Shown here: piece after piece, positions 47,106 to 57,089 of the stretch
Layout of the letters: the number at the start of each line of letters is the position of its first letter
Numbering within the stretch: the stretch's first letter is position 1
DNA from: an uncultured virus (IMG/VR IMGVR_UViG_2687453388_000001)
Lineage: Duplodnaviria > Heunggongvirae > Uroviricota > Caudoviricetes
Length of the DNA stretch: 64,000 nucleotides
Direction: 5' to 3' (one strand)
Virus record (IMG/VR): IMGVR_UViG_2687453388_000001
The notes under the pieces: model-generated
What the model was told of the DNA's origin: nothing
The model's database searches: none
The model's input: the letters and a program-made list of their open reading frames with translations, nothing else
Translations under genes and position numbers: made by a program

Positions 47106-47152
47106 ATCAAAGCCTAGCCCTCAAGGGTTGGGCTTTTTGCGTGGAGGAAAAC

Positions 47153-48190
47153 ATGATTTTTACCAGTGAACAAGTTTCAAGTGGACACCCCGACAAGCTC
47201 TGTGACCAAATCTCAGATGCTATTGTGACGAAATGTCTCAAGCATGATAAGAACAGCCGTGTGGCGGTTGAAACCTTAATCAAAGATAACCAAGTGGTTG
47301 TGGCAGGTGAAGTCTCAACCAAGCACTTATTTAACCTTGAAGGTATTGTCAAAAAGGTTCTTGAACCTTACGGTATGACAGATGTCATGGTGACGAACCT
47401 TCTTGGAGTTCAAAGCCCAGACATCGCTCAAGGTGTGGATAAGGGTGGTGCAGGTGACCAAGGGATTATGTTTGGTTATGCGACCGATGAAACACCTGAG
47501 TTCTTACCATTACCTTATGTACTTGCGACTCGAGTGCTTGAGAAACTGATGAACCTTGGTCATCCTGCCTTGGGCAAAGATGCCAAAGCTCAAGTCACAT
47601 ACGACTATGAAAACAAGTGTATCGAGACTTTCCTAGTGTCTATCCAACACGACGAGGAGGTTGACCTTGCCTCAGTCAAACGAATTGTCACCCAAGCTAT
47701 GATGTCGGTTGCTCAACGCTACCGTCAGAACCTTGACTTCAGGGTTTTGGTTAACCCAACTGGTCGCTTTGTTCTTGGTGGCTCTTACGCTGATGCTGGT
47801 GTGACTGGTCGTAAGATTGTAGCAGATACCTACGGTGGCTTTGCCTGTCACGGTGGTGGAGCTTTCTCTGGGAAAGATCCAAGCAAGGTCGACCGTTCAG
47901 CCGCCTACATGGCACGGAAGATTGCAAAGGACTTTGTTCGTGAAGGGTATGCCAAACGCTGTGAAGTCCAGTTAGCTTATGCCATTGGGGTTGCGGAGCC
48001 TGTAGGTGTTTATGTGAACATCTTTGGGACAAGTGATTATCCTCTTGAACAACTAGTAGGAGTGGTTCGTGAACGCTATGATCTTACCCCACAAGGAATT
48101 ATCAAGGAGCTGAATCTCTTGGATGTGGACTACACCAAGACCACTTGCCTTGGGCATTTCACCAAGCCTTATCTTCCTTGGGAGCAGTAA
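47153..48190 (+). CDS. metK: S-adenosylmethionine synthetase (phage-borne)
   Basis: GHPDKLCDQISD, GAGDQG, GRKIVADTYGG, GGGAFSGKDPSKVDRS. Confidence 0.95.
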   Translation: MIFTSEQVSSGHPDKLCDQISDAIVTKCLKHDKNSRVAVETLIKDNQVVVAGEVSTKHLFNLEGIVKKVLEPYGMTDVMVTNLLGVQSPDIAQGVDKGGAGDQGIMFGYATDETPEFLPLPYVLATRVLEKLMNLGHPALGKDAKAQVTYDYENKCIETFLVSIQHDEEVDLASVKRIVTQAMMSVAQRYRQNLDFRVLVNPTGRFVLGGSYADAGVTGRKIVADTYGGFACHGGGAFSGKDPSKVDRSAAYMARKIAKDFVREGYAKRCEVQLAYAIGVAEPVGVYVNIFGTSDYPLEQLVGVVRERYDLTPQGIIKELNLLDVDYTKTTCLGHFTKPYLPWEQ

Positions 48191-48191
48191 G

Positions 48192-48557
48192 ATGCCACGT
48201 CGACCAAGCACCCCTTGCAAGCAGCATGGTTGTCCTAACCTTGTGACCTATGGAAACAAATACTGTGACGACCACAAAGCTAACTACAGCCTTGATGCCA
48301 AGTCAACTAAAGCCAAAGGTTACGATACTCGATGGAACAAGGCACGGCTTCGTTACCTCAAGTTCCATCCTCTCTGTGTTTACTGCCAAAGGAAAGGACG
48401 ACTGACCAAGGCAACGGTGGTTGACCACATCACTCCCCACCGAGGTGACCAAGACCTCTTCTGGAATCCATCCAACTGGCAAGCCCTCTGTAAGTCTTGT
48501 CATGACCGAAAGACCAAGACGACTGACCGATATGTGGAGTATACTTATCGGCTCTAA
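48192..48557 (+). CDS. HNH endonuclease (cos packaging-associated)
   Basis: CVYC...VDHITPH...NWQALCKSCHDRKT; start at MPRRP. Confidence 0.9.
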   Translation: MPRRPSTPCKQHGCPNLVTYGNKYCDDHKANYSLDAKSTKAKGYDTRWNKARLRYLKFHPLCVYCQRKGRLTKATVVDHITPHRGDQDLFWNPSNWQALCKSCHDRKTKTTDRYVEYTYRL

Positions 48558-48599
48558 ATTTAGAGTTTCGTTACAAAAGTATCTAATTTTTAACCCTAT

Positions 48600-48680
48600 G
48601 GGGGAGGGGGGATGAAATCTCTAAAACCTTGGGAGACTAAGACCGACGCCCCCTCAAAAGTGCATTTTCGCAAAATTCGT
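48600..48680. other. Candidate cos region
   Basis: G-run, AAATCTCT and GC-rich GACCGACGCCCCC directly downstream of the HNH gene. Confidence 0.5.
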
Positions 48681-48845
48681 TAGGGGCATACCCAAAACAG
48701 TTAAAAAGTGCATTGAACCATTATGGTGTCAATCTTTCTAGCAGGGTAAGTATCGTTTGCCAGTGTTTGTTTTGGCCTGTTTTTGAAGGGATAAATACAT
48801 GAAAAATAGAGAAATTAACCATTTTTAGTTCTTGGAGGAAAACAA

Positions 48846-49301
48846 ATGAACGATAATCAGCGGCGAGGCATTTGGAAACTTAGGCGAGATGGATTTGGCT
48901 ATGGTGCCATTGCTCAAATGTTAAACATGTCTCTTGGTTCGGTGAAGCAATATTGCCGTAGACACCCAAAGTTAAAAGGAATGGGTCAGTTTGTCAAGTA
49001 TCAGCTTGATGAAGGAGAACGTTCATATTGTAAGAACTGCATGAAAAAGTTACACCATGCTGTCCAAGGCAGACCTAAAAAGTTCTGCTCAAATAGGTGT
49101 CGAGCTATCTGGTGGCGAAACCATCAAAGCCAACATGATAAAACCAAAACTGCATACGATGAATTGACTTGCCAAAACTGTGGCAGGTCTTTTTTATCCT
49201 ATGCCAATCCAACAAGGAAGTTCTGCGGACACCCTTGTTACGTAGAACATCGATTTAGAAAAGGAGTAGTGCATGACAACTCAACCCAATATGGAAATTA
49301 A
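48846..49301 (+). CDS. HTH plus double Cys-rich zinc-finger protein
   Basis: GYGAIAQMLNMSLGSVKQYCRR; CKNC..FCSNRC; CQNC..FCGHPC. Confidence 0.7.
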   Translation: MNDNQRRGIWKLRRDGFGYGAIAQMLNMSLGSVKQYCRRHPKLKGMGQFVKYQLDEGERSYCKNCMKKLHHAVQGRPKKFCSNRCRAIWWRNHQSQHDKTKTAYDELTCQNCGRSFLSYANPTRKFCGHPCYVEHRFRKGVVHDNSTQYGN

Positions 49302-50529
49302 GGAACTCCCCCTAAGTGACTTAAAGCCGGCCTCTTATAACCCTCGAAAGAAATTGAAGAAGGGCGATAAGGAGTACGAAAAGATTAAACAGAGTCTACT
49401 CAAGTTTGGCTACGTTGACCCCATCATTGTCAATGACGATTTGACGGTCATCGGTGGTCACCAACGCCTAACGGTTCTTAAAGACCTCAAGTATGAAACC
49501 GCAAAATGCGTCATTGTCTCTCTTTCCAAGGAAGATGAAAAGGCACTGAATATTGCCCTTAATAAAATCACTGGTCAATGGGATGACCAGCTCCTCGCTG
49601 ACTTGCTTTTGGACTTGCAAGAGTCTGATTTCAACCTTGATTTGACTGGGTTTGAGCCACCAGAGATTGATGACATTCTGTCCAACATCCATGACAAGGA
49701 CTTGTCTGAAGACGATTTCGATGTGGATGAGGAGTTGAAGAAACCAACGGTCGCAAGACGTGGTGACATCTGGCAACTCGGAAAACACCGAGTGATTTGT
49801 GGTGACTCCACCAAATCAGAAAACTACGAGCAATTGCTGGGGGATAAGAAAGCCAATCTTATTGTGACGGATCCGCCTTATAACGTGGACGTTGAAGAGA
49901 CCGCTGGAAAAATCCTCAATGACAATATGTCGGACAGGGACTTCTACCAGTTCCTTTTTGATATGTTCACTCAAGTGGAAAGTCATATGGAAGCCGATGC
50001 GTCTATCTATGTTTTCCATGCAAACACGGAAGGTCTGAATTTCCGGAAGGCTTTTAAGGACGCTGGTTTCTATTTAAGTGGGAGTTGCATTTGGAAGAAG
50101 AACTCACTGGTTCTCGGACGTAGTCCTTACCAATGGCAACACGAACCCTGTCTCTTTGGTTGGAAACAAAAGGGAAAACACCAGTGGTTCAGCGACCGTA
50201 AGCAGACAACTATCTGGGAATACGACCGTCCTAAGTCTAGTAAAGACCACCCAACCATGAAGCCTATTCAGCTTATGGCTTATCCTATTCAAAACTCATC
50301 CATGCGAGGAACGCTTGTTTTTGATCCATTTCTTGGTTCAGGGTCAACCCTCATGGCAGCAGACCAGACTGGTCGAGTTTGTTATGGGATTGAGCTTGAT
50401 GAAAAGTTTGTGGATGTCATTGTCAAACGCTACATGGAGTCAACTAGTAATAGAGATGTGTCGGTACTCCGAAACGGTGAGACTTTGAGCTATGACCAAG
50501 CCTTAGAAGTAATGGAGGAACACTCATGA
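49273..50529 (+). CDS. ParB-N fused N6-A/N4-C DNA methyltransferase
   Basis: YNPRK..GGHQR ParB domain; DPPY; HPTMKP; DPFLGSGST. Confidence 0.92.
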   Translation: MTTQPNMEIKELPLSDLKPASYNPRKKLKKGDKEYEKIKQSLLKFGYVDPIIVNDDLTVIGGHQRLTVLKDLKYETAKCVIVSLSKEDEKALNIALNKITGQWDDQLLADLLLDLQESDFNLDLTGFEPPEIDDILSNIHDKDLSEDDFDVDEELKKPTVARRGDIWQLGKHRVICGDSTKSENYEQLLGDKKANLIVTDPPYNVDVEETAGKILNDNMSDRDFYQFLFDMFTQVESHMEADASIYVFHANTEGLNFRKAFKDAGFYLSGSCIWKKNSLVLGRSPYQWQHEPCLFGWKQKGKHQWFSDRKQTTIWEYDRPKSSKDHPTMKPIQLMAYPIQNSSMRGTLVFDPFLGSGSTLMAADQTGRVCYGIELDEKFVDVIVKRYMESTSNRDVSVLRNGETLSYDQALEVMEEHS

Positions 50530-51779
50530 CCCTAACCTTTCTTGATTTCTTTGCAGGAGTGGGTGGCTTTCGTCGTGGGTTGGAGTTGGCAGGGATGACC
50601 TGTCTTGGCTACTGTGAAAAGGACAAGTTTGCACGAAAGTCCTACGAAGCAATGTATGATACAGAAGGAGAATGGTTTCATGACGACATCACAAGCATTG
50701 ACCCCACACGACTTCCAAAAGCAGATTTATGGACTGCGGGAAGCCCTTGTCAAAATGTGTCTATCGCAGGAAAGCGAGCAGGCTTATACGGTGAGCGAAG
50801 TGGACTCTTTTTTACATTTGTTGACCTCCTCCAGAGCCAAAAAGAAGAAGATAAACCCGAGTGGGTACTCCTTGAAAATGTTAAGGGACTTCTATCAAGT
50901 GGCGGAGGACGAGATTATCTCGACTATCTCTCTATCCTGGACCAAGCAGGGTATGACCTCGAATGGCAAGTGTTCAACTCAAAAGATTACGGAGTTCCCC
51001 AAAACCGAGAACGCATCTATACTCTCGGACATCTTAGAAGCCGGGGTCGACGACAAGTATTACCTCTCAGCGGAGAAAGCGGTAGCCATCTTAAGCAACT
51101 TATAGGTGGTATGCAGAGCTACCGAGTCTACGACCCTAGTGGCATTGCCACAACCCTTGTTGGTGAGGGTGGAGGACTGGGAGCTAAGACAGGTCTTTAT
51201 CTGATTGACCAGTCTTTGACTGAATCAAAGCTAACTGATGAAGCACGGTGTATCACCGCTCGCTACACGGCAGGTGCTACAAAGAGAACTGCCATGAACT
51301 CTGGTGTCCTTGAAGTCCAACCCATTCTAACACCAGACAGGGTAATAAAACGGCAAAATGGCAGACGGCTTAAGGAACAGGATGAGCCGATGTTTACTCT
51401 TACCTCTCAAGACCGACATGGTGTTCTTGAGGGTATCAAGGTCAGAAATGGCACAAAGCAGGGCTACCAAGTGGCAGAACTTGGAGATTCAGTTGATCTT
51501 TCCTATCCAGGCTCACAAACGAGACGAGCTAAGGTTGGGAAAGGCATCGCCCACAATCTATCTTGTGGTGGACGGATGGGAGCTGTGGTTTGGAATGGTC
51601 GAGTCGTAAAAATCAGACGCTTGACTCCACGAGAGTGCTTCAGGCTCCAAGGCTTTTCAGATGACTTATTTGACAAAGCTCAGGCTGTCAACTCTGATGC
51701 CCAGCTCTACAAACAAGCTGGTAATGGCGTGACGGTAACGGTGGTTTATACTATTGGGAAGGCCATTTTATCTGCTTAG
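50526..51779 (+). CDS. C5-cytosine DNA methyltransferase
   Basis: FAGVGG, GSPCQ, ENV, QNRER, RRLTPREC, KQAGNG. Confidence 0.93.
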   Translation: MTLTFLDFFAGVGGFRRGLELAGMTCLGYCEKDKFARKSYEAMYDTEGEWFHDDITSIDPTRLPKADLWTAGSPCQNVSIAGKRAGLYGERSGLFFTFVDLLQSQKEEDKPEWVLLENVKGLLSSGGGRDYLDYLSILDQAGYDLEWQVFNSKDYGVPQNRERIYTLGHLRSRGRRQVLPLSGESGSHLKQLIGGMQSYRVYDPSGIATTLVGEGGGLGAKTGLYLIDQSLTESKLTDEARCITARYTAGATKRTAMNSGVLEVQPILTPDRVIKRQNGRRLKEQDEPMFTLTSQDRHGVLEGIKVRNGTKQGYQVAELGDSVDLSYPGSQTRRAKVGKGIAHNLSCGGRMGAVVWNGRVVKIRRLTPRECFRLQGFSDDLFDKAQAVNSDAQLYKQAGNGVTVTVVYTIGKAILSA

Positions 51780-51793
51780 ACTAGTAGCTAATC

Positions 51794-51824
51794 ACTGGAT
51801 ATAAGGTGAACCTTACGGTAATAT
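51794..51824 (+). promoter_or_regulatory. Promoter motif ACTGGATA-N12-TACGGTAATAT, copy 2
   Basis: Conserved blocks and spacing identical to 46850-46880. Confidence 0.65.
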
Positions 51825-51856
51825 GCTGTTACCAAAAGACAAAGGAAGTCAAAACG

Positions 51857-52111
51857 ATGACAAAAAATGAGTTCAACGAAATTATTGATAGCTGCTTTAT
51901 TCACCTAACTGTAATGAAACAACATTACACTAAGCCGAGAAATTATTCACTAGATGTGATTGAATAAGGAAATCTTGACCAAATTAATGATTTATTGAAT
52001 GATATTACAAATGGTATCGAACTTGGTGGGTTTAACGAACTGGAAGCCCGCTATATTTACGAAGACACCGAAGTGTTATGGGCCGAGGTATCTCAAACCT
52101 TTGTGAGATAA
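51857..52111 (+). pseudogene. Small acidic protein interrupted by an in-frame TAA at codon 37
   Basis: RBS AAAGGA; frame stays open after the TAA (51965-51967) to a stop that abuts the next RBS. Confidence 0.6.
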
Positions 52112-52121
52112 GGAGAAGCAA

Positions 52122-52571
52122 ATGGATGATAAAACCCTTGAACGGTTAAGAAAAACATACCCAACTGGTACTCGAGTTCGTTTAGTGCATATGGACGCCC
52201 CTTACAGTGTTCCAATAGGTATGCTAGGAACAGTAGAAGATGTGGATGATATTGGATCGCTAATCGTTTCTTGGGACAATGGGCAGAGCTTAAACGTGTT
52301 GCATGGTATTGATAGGGTGGTTATTGTAGAACCAAATAGGCATGATTTTATAAGAAGTATTTATTGCTATTTAAGAGCTGGGCACAATGAATTTGTTTTT
52401 GATAGTGGTGATATTCCTGTACAGTTAACCCACGAAGAAGTCATCACTCTTATGACTAGTACGCATCCGCAAACTGAAATTGATATCTACATTGATGAAT
52501 GTAATCATTTTAATCTTAAGCCGACAACTGTCTTGACGAAAGAAGAAATAGAAAAGGCAATACAAGAATAG
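52122..52571 (+). CDS. DUF4314 domain protein
   Basis: YPTGTRVRLVHMD...GTVEDVDDIGSLIVSWDNG. Confidence 0.8.
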   Translation: MDDKTLERLRKTYPTGTRVRLVHMDAPYSVPIGMLGTVEDVDDIGSLIVSWDNGQSLNVLHGIDRVVIVEPNRHDFIRSIYCYLRAGHNEFVFDSGDIPVQLTHEEVITLMTSTHPQTEIDIYIDECNHFNLKPTTVLTKEEIEKAIQE

Positions 52572-52622
52572 ACAAGGTTTCGCTAAGAAGCCTTTTTCTT
52601 GTGCCAAAAAGGGGGTGAGACC

Positions 52623-53096
52623 GTGGCAGTTAGAGGGCGAAAACCAAAGCCTACAAATTTGAAAATACTTGAAGGAAACCCTGGGAAACGACCTCTACCT
52701 ACTAACGAGGTTAAACCCAAACAGAAAGCCCCACGTTGCCCACAGTGGCTCGAAGACGATGCCAAGAAGGAATGGAAGCGGATGGGCAAAATCCTCGAAC
52801 AGATAGGGATATTAACGGAGATGGATATGACAGCCTTCGCAGGCTATTGCCAAGCCTATGCCCGTTGGAAGGAAGCCGAAGAGTTTCTCTCTAAACATGG
52901 GTCTATCATCAAGACTCCAAATGGTTATCTCCAACAAGTGCCACAGGTATCTATCAGCCAGACCAATCTGAAAATCATGCTTAAGTTCTGTGAGCAGTTT
53001 GGTCTGACACCATCAGCTCGTAATCGCTTGGCGACCATGGACGCAGAGGTTGGCACTGGTGATGAGATGGAGGATTTATTAGGAGGTGTTTTATGA
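52623..53096 (+). CDS. terS: Terminase small subunit (P27 family)
   Basis: RGRKPKP..GNPGKR, AKKEW, FGLTPSAR. Confidence 0.9.
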   Translation: MAVRGRKPKPTNLKILEGNPGKRPLPTNEVKPKQKAPRCPQWLEDDAKKEWKRMGKILEQIGILTEMDMTAFAGYCQAYARWKEAEEFLSKHGSIIKTPNGYLQQVPQVSISQTNLKIMLKFCEQFGLTPSARNRLATMDAEVGTGDEMEDLLGGVL

Positions 53097-54685
53097 CCTA
53101 TCACTACGAACCGAGTCCCTTTATGCTTCCGACTTCTCGTTACGACAAGGCAAAGGCAGATAGAGCAGTGACCTTTATTAATAACCTATCTCATACCAAG
53201 GGGAAGTGGGCTGGGAAGAAATTTGATTTGTTGCCGTGGCAGGAACAGATAGTTCGTGACCTCTTTGGGATTGTTAAGGAAGATGGCAATCGTCAATTTC
53301 TGACAGCCTATATCGAGATTCCAAAGAAAAACGGAAAGTCTGAACTGGCCGCTGCTATTGCTCTTTACCTTCTTTATGCAGATAATGAAGCCAGTGCGGA
53401 AGTTTATGGTGCAGCATGCGACCGTAATCAAGCCTCGATTGTTTTTGATGTCGCAAAACAGATGGTTCAGATGAGTCGTCCGCTAGAGAAACGTTCCAAG
53501 ATTATGGCAGCAACCAAGCGGATAGTGAATTATTCCAATGCTGGATTTTACCAAGTCCTCTCAGCTGAGACAGGAACCAAACACGGACTCAACGTGTCAG
53601 GTCTTGTCTTTGATGAAATCCATGCCCAACCCAATCGCCATCTCTATGATGTTTTAACCAAGGGTTCTGGTGATGCCAGGGAACAACCCCTCTTTTTCAT
53701 CATCACAACAGCTGGAACGGTTAAAAACTCCATCTGTTATGAACTCCACACCAAGGCACTTGACATTCTTAAAGGTCGAAAGAAGGACACGTCCTTTTAT
53801 CCAGTGGTTTATGGATTGTCTGATGAAGATGATTGGAATGACGAAGCCAACTGGCTAAAAGCCAATCCCTCACTTGGTCATACCATTGGGATTGACCGTG
53901 TTCGTGAAGCCTACCAACAGGCTCTTGATAACCCAGCTGAAGAGAATGTCTTTAAGCAACTCCGTCTCAACATGTGGACGAGTTCCCATGTGGCTTGGAT
54001 TCCTGAACATGTCTATGCGAAAGGCAATGCCCCCATCGACTATGAAGCTCTAAAAGGTCGTGACTGTTACGCAGGGCTTGACTTATCGAGCACCTCAGAT
54101 ATCACCGCCTTTGTCTTAGTCTTTCCGCCACGACATAGCGAGGAGAACTACATCATCCTGCCTTTCTTTTGGTTACCAGAAGATACCTTGGAATTGAGGT
54201 GTCGTCGTGACCACGTCCTTTATGATGTTTGGAAAAGGCAGGGTTACATCAAGACAACGGAAGGGAATGTTGTTCACTATGGATTCATTGAAGCCTTTAT
54301 CGAACAACTCTCTGAAACCTACCACATCAAAGAGATTGCTTATGACCGTTGGAATGCGACGCAGATGGTTCAGAACCTTGAAGGCATAGGCTTAACCATG
54401 GTGCCCTTTGGACAAGGCTATAAGGATATGAGTCCACCGTCCAAGGAACTCTACAAGCTCATGATGGAAGGGAAAATCCAACACGGTGGTCATCCTGTTC
54501 TAAAATGGATGGGACAAAACGTGGTCATGCGACAAGATCCTGCTGGCAACATCAAGCCAGACAAAGAAAAATCCGTTGAGAAGATTGACGGTATTGTGGC
54601 TCTTATCATGGGACTTGACCGTTGCATTCGCCACCAGGATGATGAAACGAGTGTCTATGATGAGCGAGGACTTTTGAGTTTTTAG
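53093..54685 (+). CDS. terL: Terminase large subunit
   Basis: PKKNGKS, FDEIH, ITTAG, GLDLS, YDRWNA, KIDG. Confidence 0.95.
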   Translation: MTYHYEPSPFMLPTSRYDKAKADRAVTFINNLSHTKGKWAGKKFDLLPWQEQIVRDLFGIVKEDGNRQFLTAYIEIPKKNGKSELAAAIALYLLYADNEASAEVYGAACDRNQASIVFDVAKQMVQMSRPLEKRSKIMAATKRIVNYSNAGFYQVLSAETGTKHGLNVSGLVFDEIHAQPNRHLYDVLTKGSGDAREQPLFFIITTAGTVKNSICYELHTKALDILKGRKKDTSFYPVVYGLSDEDDWNDEANWLKANPSLGHTIGIDRVREAYQQALDNPAEENVFKQLRLNMWTSSHVAWIPEHVYAKGNAPIDYEALKGRDCYAGLDLSSTSDITAFVLVFPPRHSEENYIILPFFWLPEDTLELRCRRDHVLYDVWKRQGYIKTTEGNVVHYGFIEAFIEQLSETYHIKEIAYDRWNATQMVQNLEGIGLTMVPFGQGYKDMSPPSKELYKLMMEGKIQHGGHPVLKWMGQNVVMRQDPAGNIKPDKEKSVEKIDGIVALIMGLDRCIRHQDDETSVYDERGLLSF

Positions 54686-54734
54686 GATAAAAACAACCTA
54701 AATAGGTTGAATGTATCCTAAAAAGTGATAAAAT
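54679..54734 (+). promoter_or_regulatory. TA operon promoter with nested operator palindromes
   Basis: TTTTTAGGATA...TATCCTAAAAA enclosing CAACCTAAATAGGTTG; TTGAAT-16 nt-TAAAAT with a TG extension. Confidence 0.7.
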
Positions 54735-54755
54735 AGAGTAAAGGAGGAAATAGCT

Positions 54756-55013
54756 ATGCAAATTAATATTGAAAACTTAGTCTCTATTTCTGAAGCGAAT
54801 CAAAACTTCTCTAAAGTAGCCCGCATGGTCGATGCTAACGGTACTGCAGTCATTTTGAAAAATAACACACCAAAGTACGTTTTAGTAGATTACCAAAGTC
54901 TGATTAAAGAGGAGCAAGATACACCAGTAGTTGTTGAACAAACAACATTGGATGAGGTTGCGACTTCAGTATTATCACGTCATCTTGATGCATTTAAGGA
55001 ATTGGCCAAATGA
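54756..55013 (+). CDS. phd: Phd/YefM antitoxin
   Basis: SISEANQNFSKV...ILKNNTP; overlaps the doc start. Confidence 0.88.
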   Translation: MQINIENLVSISEANQNFSKVARMVDANGTAVILKNNTPKYVLVDYQSLIKEEQDTPVVVEQTTLDEVATSVLSRHLDAFKELAK

Positions 55014-55381
55014 GAATACTAACTGTTGAGCAAGTTATTGAACTGCACAGTAGGTTAATTCAAGCTACTGGCGGTTTAGATGGCGTCAGAGATGCTGGTC
55101 TAGTAGAATCATCTTTATCTTCAGCTTTTAGTTCTTATTTTGGTATTGAAAAATATCCAAGTATAGAAGAAAAAGCTGCTAGACTTTGTTATTCATTGGT
55201 TAATAATCATGCCTTCCTTGATGGTAACAAGCGTATTGGAGTTTATGTCATGATTATTTTCCTCGAATTAAATGGTATCGTTTTAAATCAGACTGATGAA
55301 GAAATTGTTAAGCTAGGTCTTGGGGTTGCTGCGTCAGAATTAGATTATAACGCAATCTTGGAGTATATCAGGAACCATTAA
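55010..55381 (+). CDS. doc: Doc/Fic toxin
   Basis: HAFLDGNKRIG. Confidence 0.92.
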   Translation: MRILTVEQVIELHSRLIQATGGLDGVRDAGLVESSLSSAFSSYFGIEKYPSIEEKAARLCYSLVNNHAFLDGNKRIGVYVMIIFLELNGIVLNQTDEEIVKLGLGVAASELDYNAILEYIRNH

Positions 55382-55406
55382 TTAATAGTTAAGCGAGGTG
55401 AATAGA

Positions 55407-55733
55407 ATGACTCACAGTATTTTGTCTCTAGAGGTTGAAAATGAGTTACTATCAAGCGTTCGTGAAGTTTGTACTGAATCTGATTTGAAACTAGAGGAAC
55501 TTGTTAAAGACTATTTAGGATTTTTGGCAGGTTTAAATGCTTCAGCAATTGAGCAGGTTAGTGCATTACCTAATGAAAATGAAAAAGCCGAATGGCTTGC
55601 CAAATACTATTTCGATGCTCGAATTAATCAATTACAATTTGAAGCACTGAAAAAGGAAGTATTACTTGGACATGACAAAATCAAAGAAAGTAAAGTAACA
55701 CGTCTTGAAGATGTCAGACATGAATTTGATTGA
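55407..55733 (+). CDS. Hypothetical, antitoxin-like protein
   Basis: RBS GAGGTG; RHH-like N-terminus and ParD-like C-terminus; terminator at 55749-55776. Confidence 0.5.
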   Translation: MTHSILSLEVENELLSSVREVCTESDLKLEELVKDYLGFLAGLNASAIEQVSALPNENEKAEWLAKYYFDARINQLQFEALKKEVLLGHDKIKESKVTRLEDVRHEFD

Positions 55734-55800
55734 TGTATAATTAGACTGAAAGCACTTCAAAATGATGTGCTTTTTTCGTACCCAAAAATAAGGAGGTCAA

Positions 55801-57089
55801 ATGGGTATTTTAGATTGGATTGGATCGAAGCGCTCAAGAGATAAGCCACATAATAGTTATGAGGGACAGGATTTTTCCTATCTCTTTGGACGGACGACCA
55901 GTGGTGAAACCGTAGATGAGTTTAAGGCTATGCAGACGACGGCCGTTTATGCTTGTGTGCGTATCCTTGCTGAAGCAGTAGCGTCACTTCCTATTCACGT
56001 CTATGAACGGACAGAAACTGGGAAGGAGAAAAAGCTGGACCACCCACTGTACTTTCTTCTTCATGATGAGCCAAATCCAGAAATGTCATCCTTTATTTTT
56101 CGAGAAACCATGATGAGTCATTTGTTAATATGGGGAAATGCATATGTGCAGATTATCAGAGATAAGGGTGGACGAGTGATTAGTCTCTATCCACTCTTGC
56201 CTGATAAGATGTCTGTCCATCGTGATGATAGTGGGAGACTTTACTACAAATACCAGCGCCAGACAGAAGAAAACCCTAATTTCAATGATAAGGGAACTGT
56301 CTTATTGAAGCAGGAAGATATTCTTCATGTGCCTGGTCTTGGGTTTGATGGCTTGATTGGTTACTCACCAATTGCGATGGCTAAAAATGCGATTGGGATG
56401 ACCCTAGCTACCGAAAACTATGGGGCATCTTTCTTTAAAAATGGCGCTAACCCAGGTGGTGTTTTGGAGCACCCAGGTATCCTTAAAGACCCTAAACGAG
56501 TGAGGGATTCTTGGAATGCCGTTTACAATGGGGTCACAAATGCCCATAAAGTGGCTGTACTCGAAGAAGGCATGAAGTATACTCAAGTGGGAATCCCCCC
56601 TGAAGAAGCCCAATTTTTACAAACACGGAAGTTTCAGATTAACGAAATTGCACGACTTTACCGTATCCCACCACACATGGTTGGTGATTTGGAGAAGTCG
56701 TCTTTTTCAAATATCGAACAACAGTCACTTGAATTTGTCAAATATACCTTAGACCCTTGGGTAGTTCGTTTAGAACAAGCTTTCAAGAGGTCTCTTTTTT
56801 TACCCGAAGAAAAAAACAATACTTTGTTAAATTCAATGTGGATGGTCTACTTCGTGGGGATTACCAAAGTCGAATGAATGGCTATGCCATCGCAAGACAA
56901 AACGGTTGGCTGTCAACTAATGACATCCGTGAATTGGAAGATTTGAACTTGTTGTCAGATGAAGAAGGTGGAAACCTCTACTTGATTAACGGCAATATGA
57001 CCAAACTAGAAGATGCTGGTGGCTTTATGAAACAACCTACGGAAACTGAGCCAACTGAAAACGCAACAGAGGAGGAAGTAGATGCGTAA
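55801..57089 (+). pseudogene. HK97-type portal protein split by a frameshift in an A-run
   Basis: Portal motifs throughout; EEKKQYFVKFNVDGLLRGD is restored by adding one A to the A7 run at 56810-56816. Confidence 0.85.

Noticed and set aside
47153..48190. Host housekeeping metK marking a prophage boundary
   Set aside because: Shorter than typical chromosomal MetK and embedded co-directionally between phage genes
49273..51779. Restriction-modification defence system
   Set aside because: No cognate endonuclease; the nearby HNH is of the packaging-associated type
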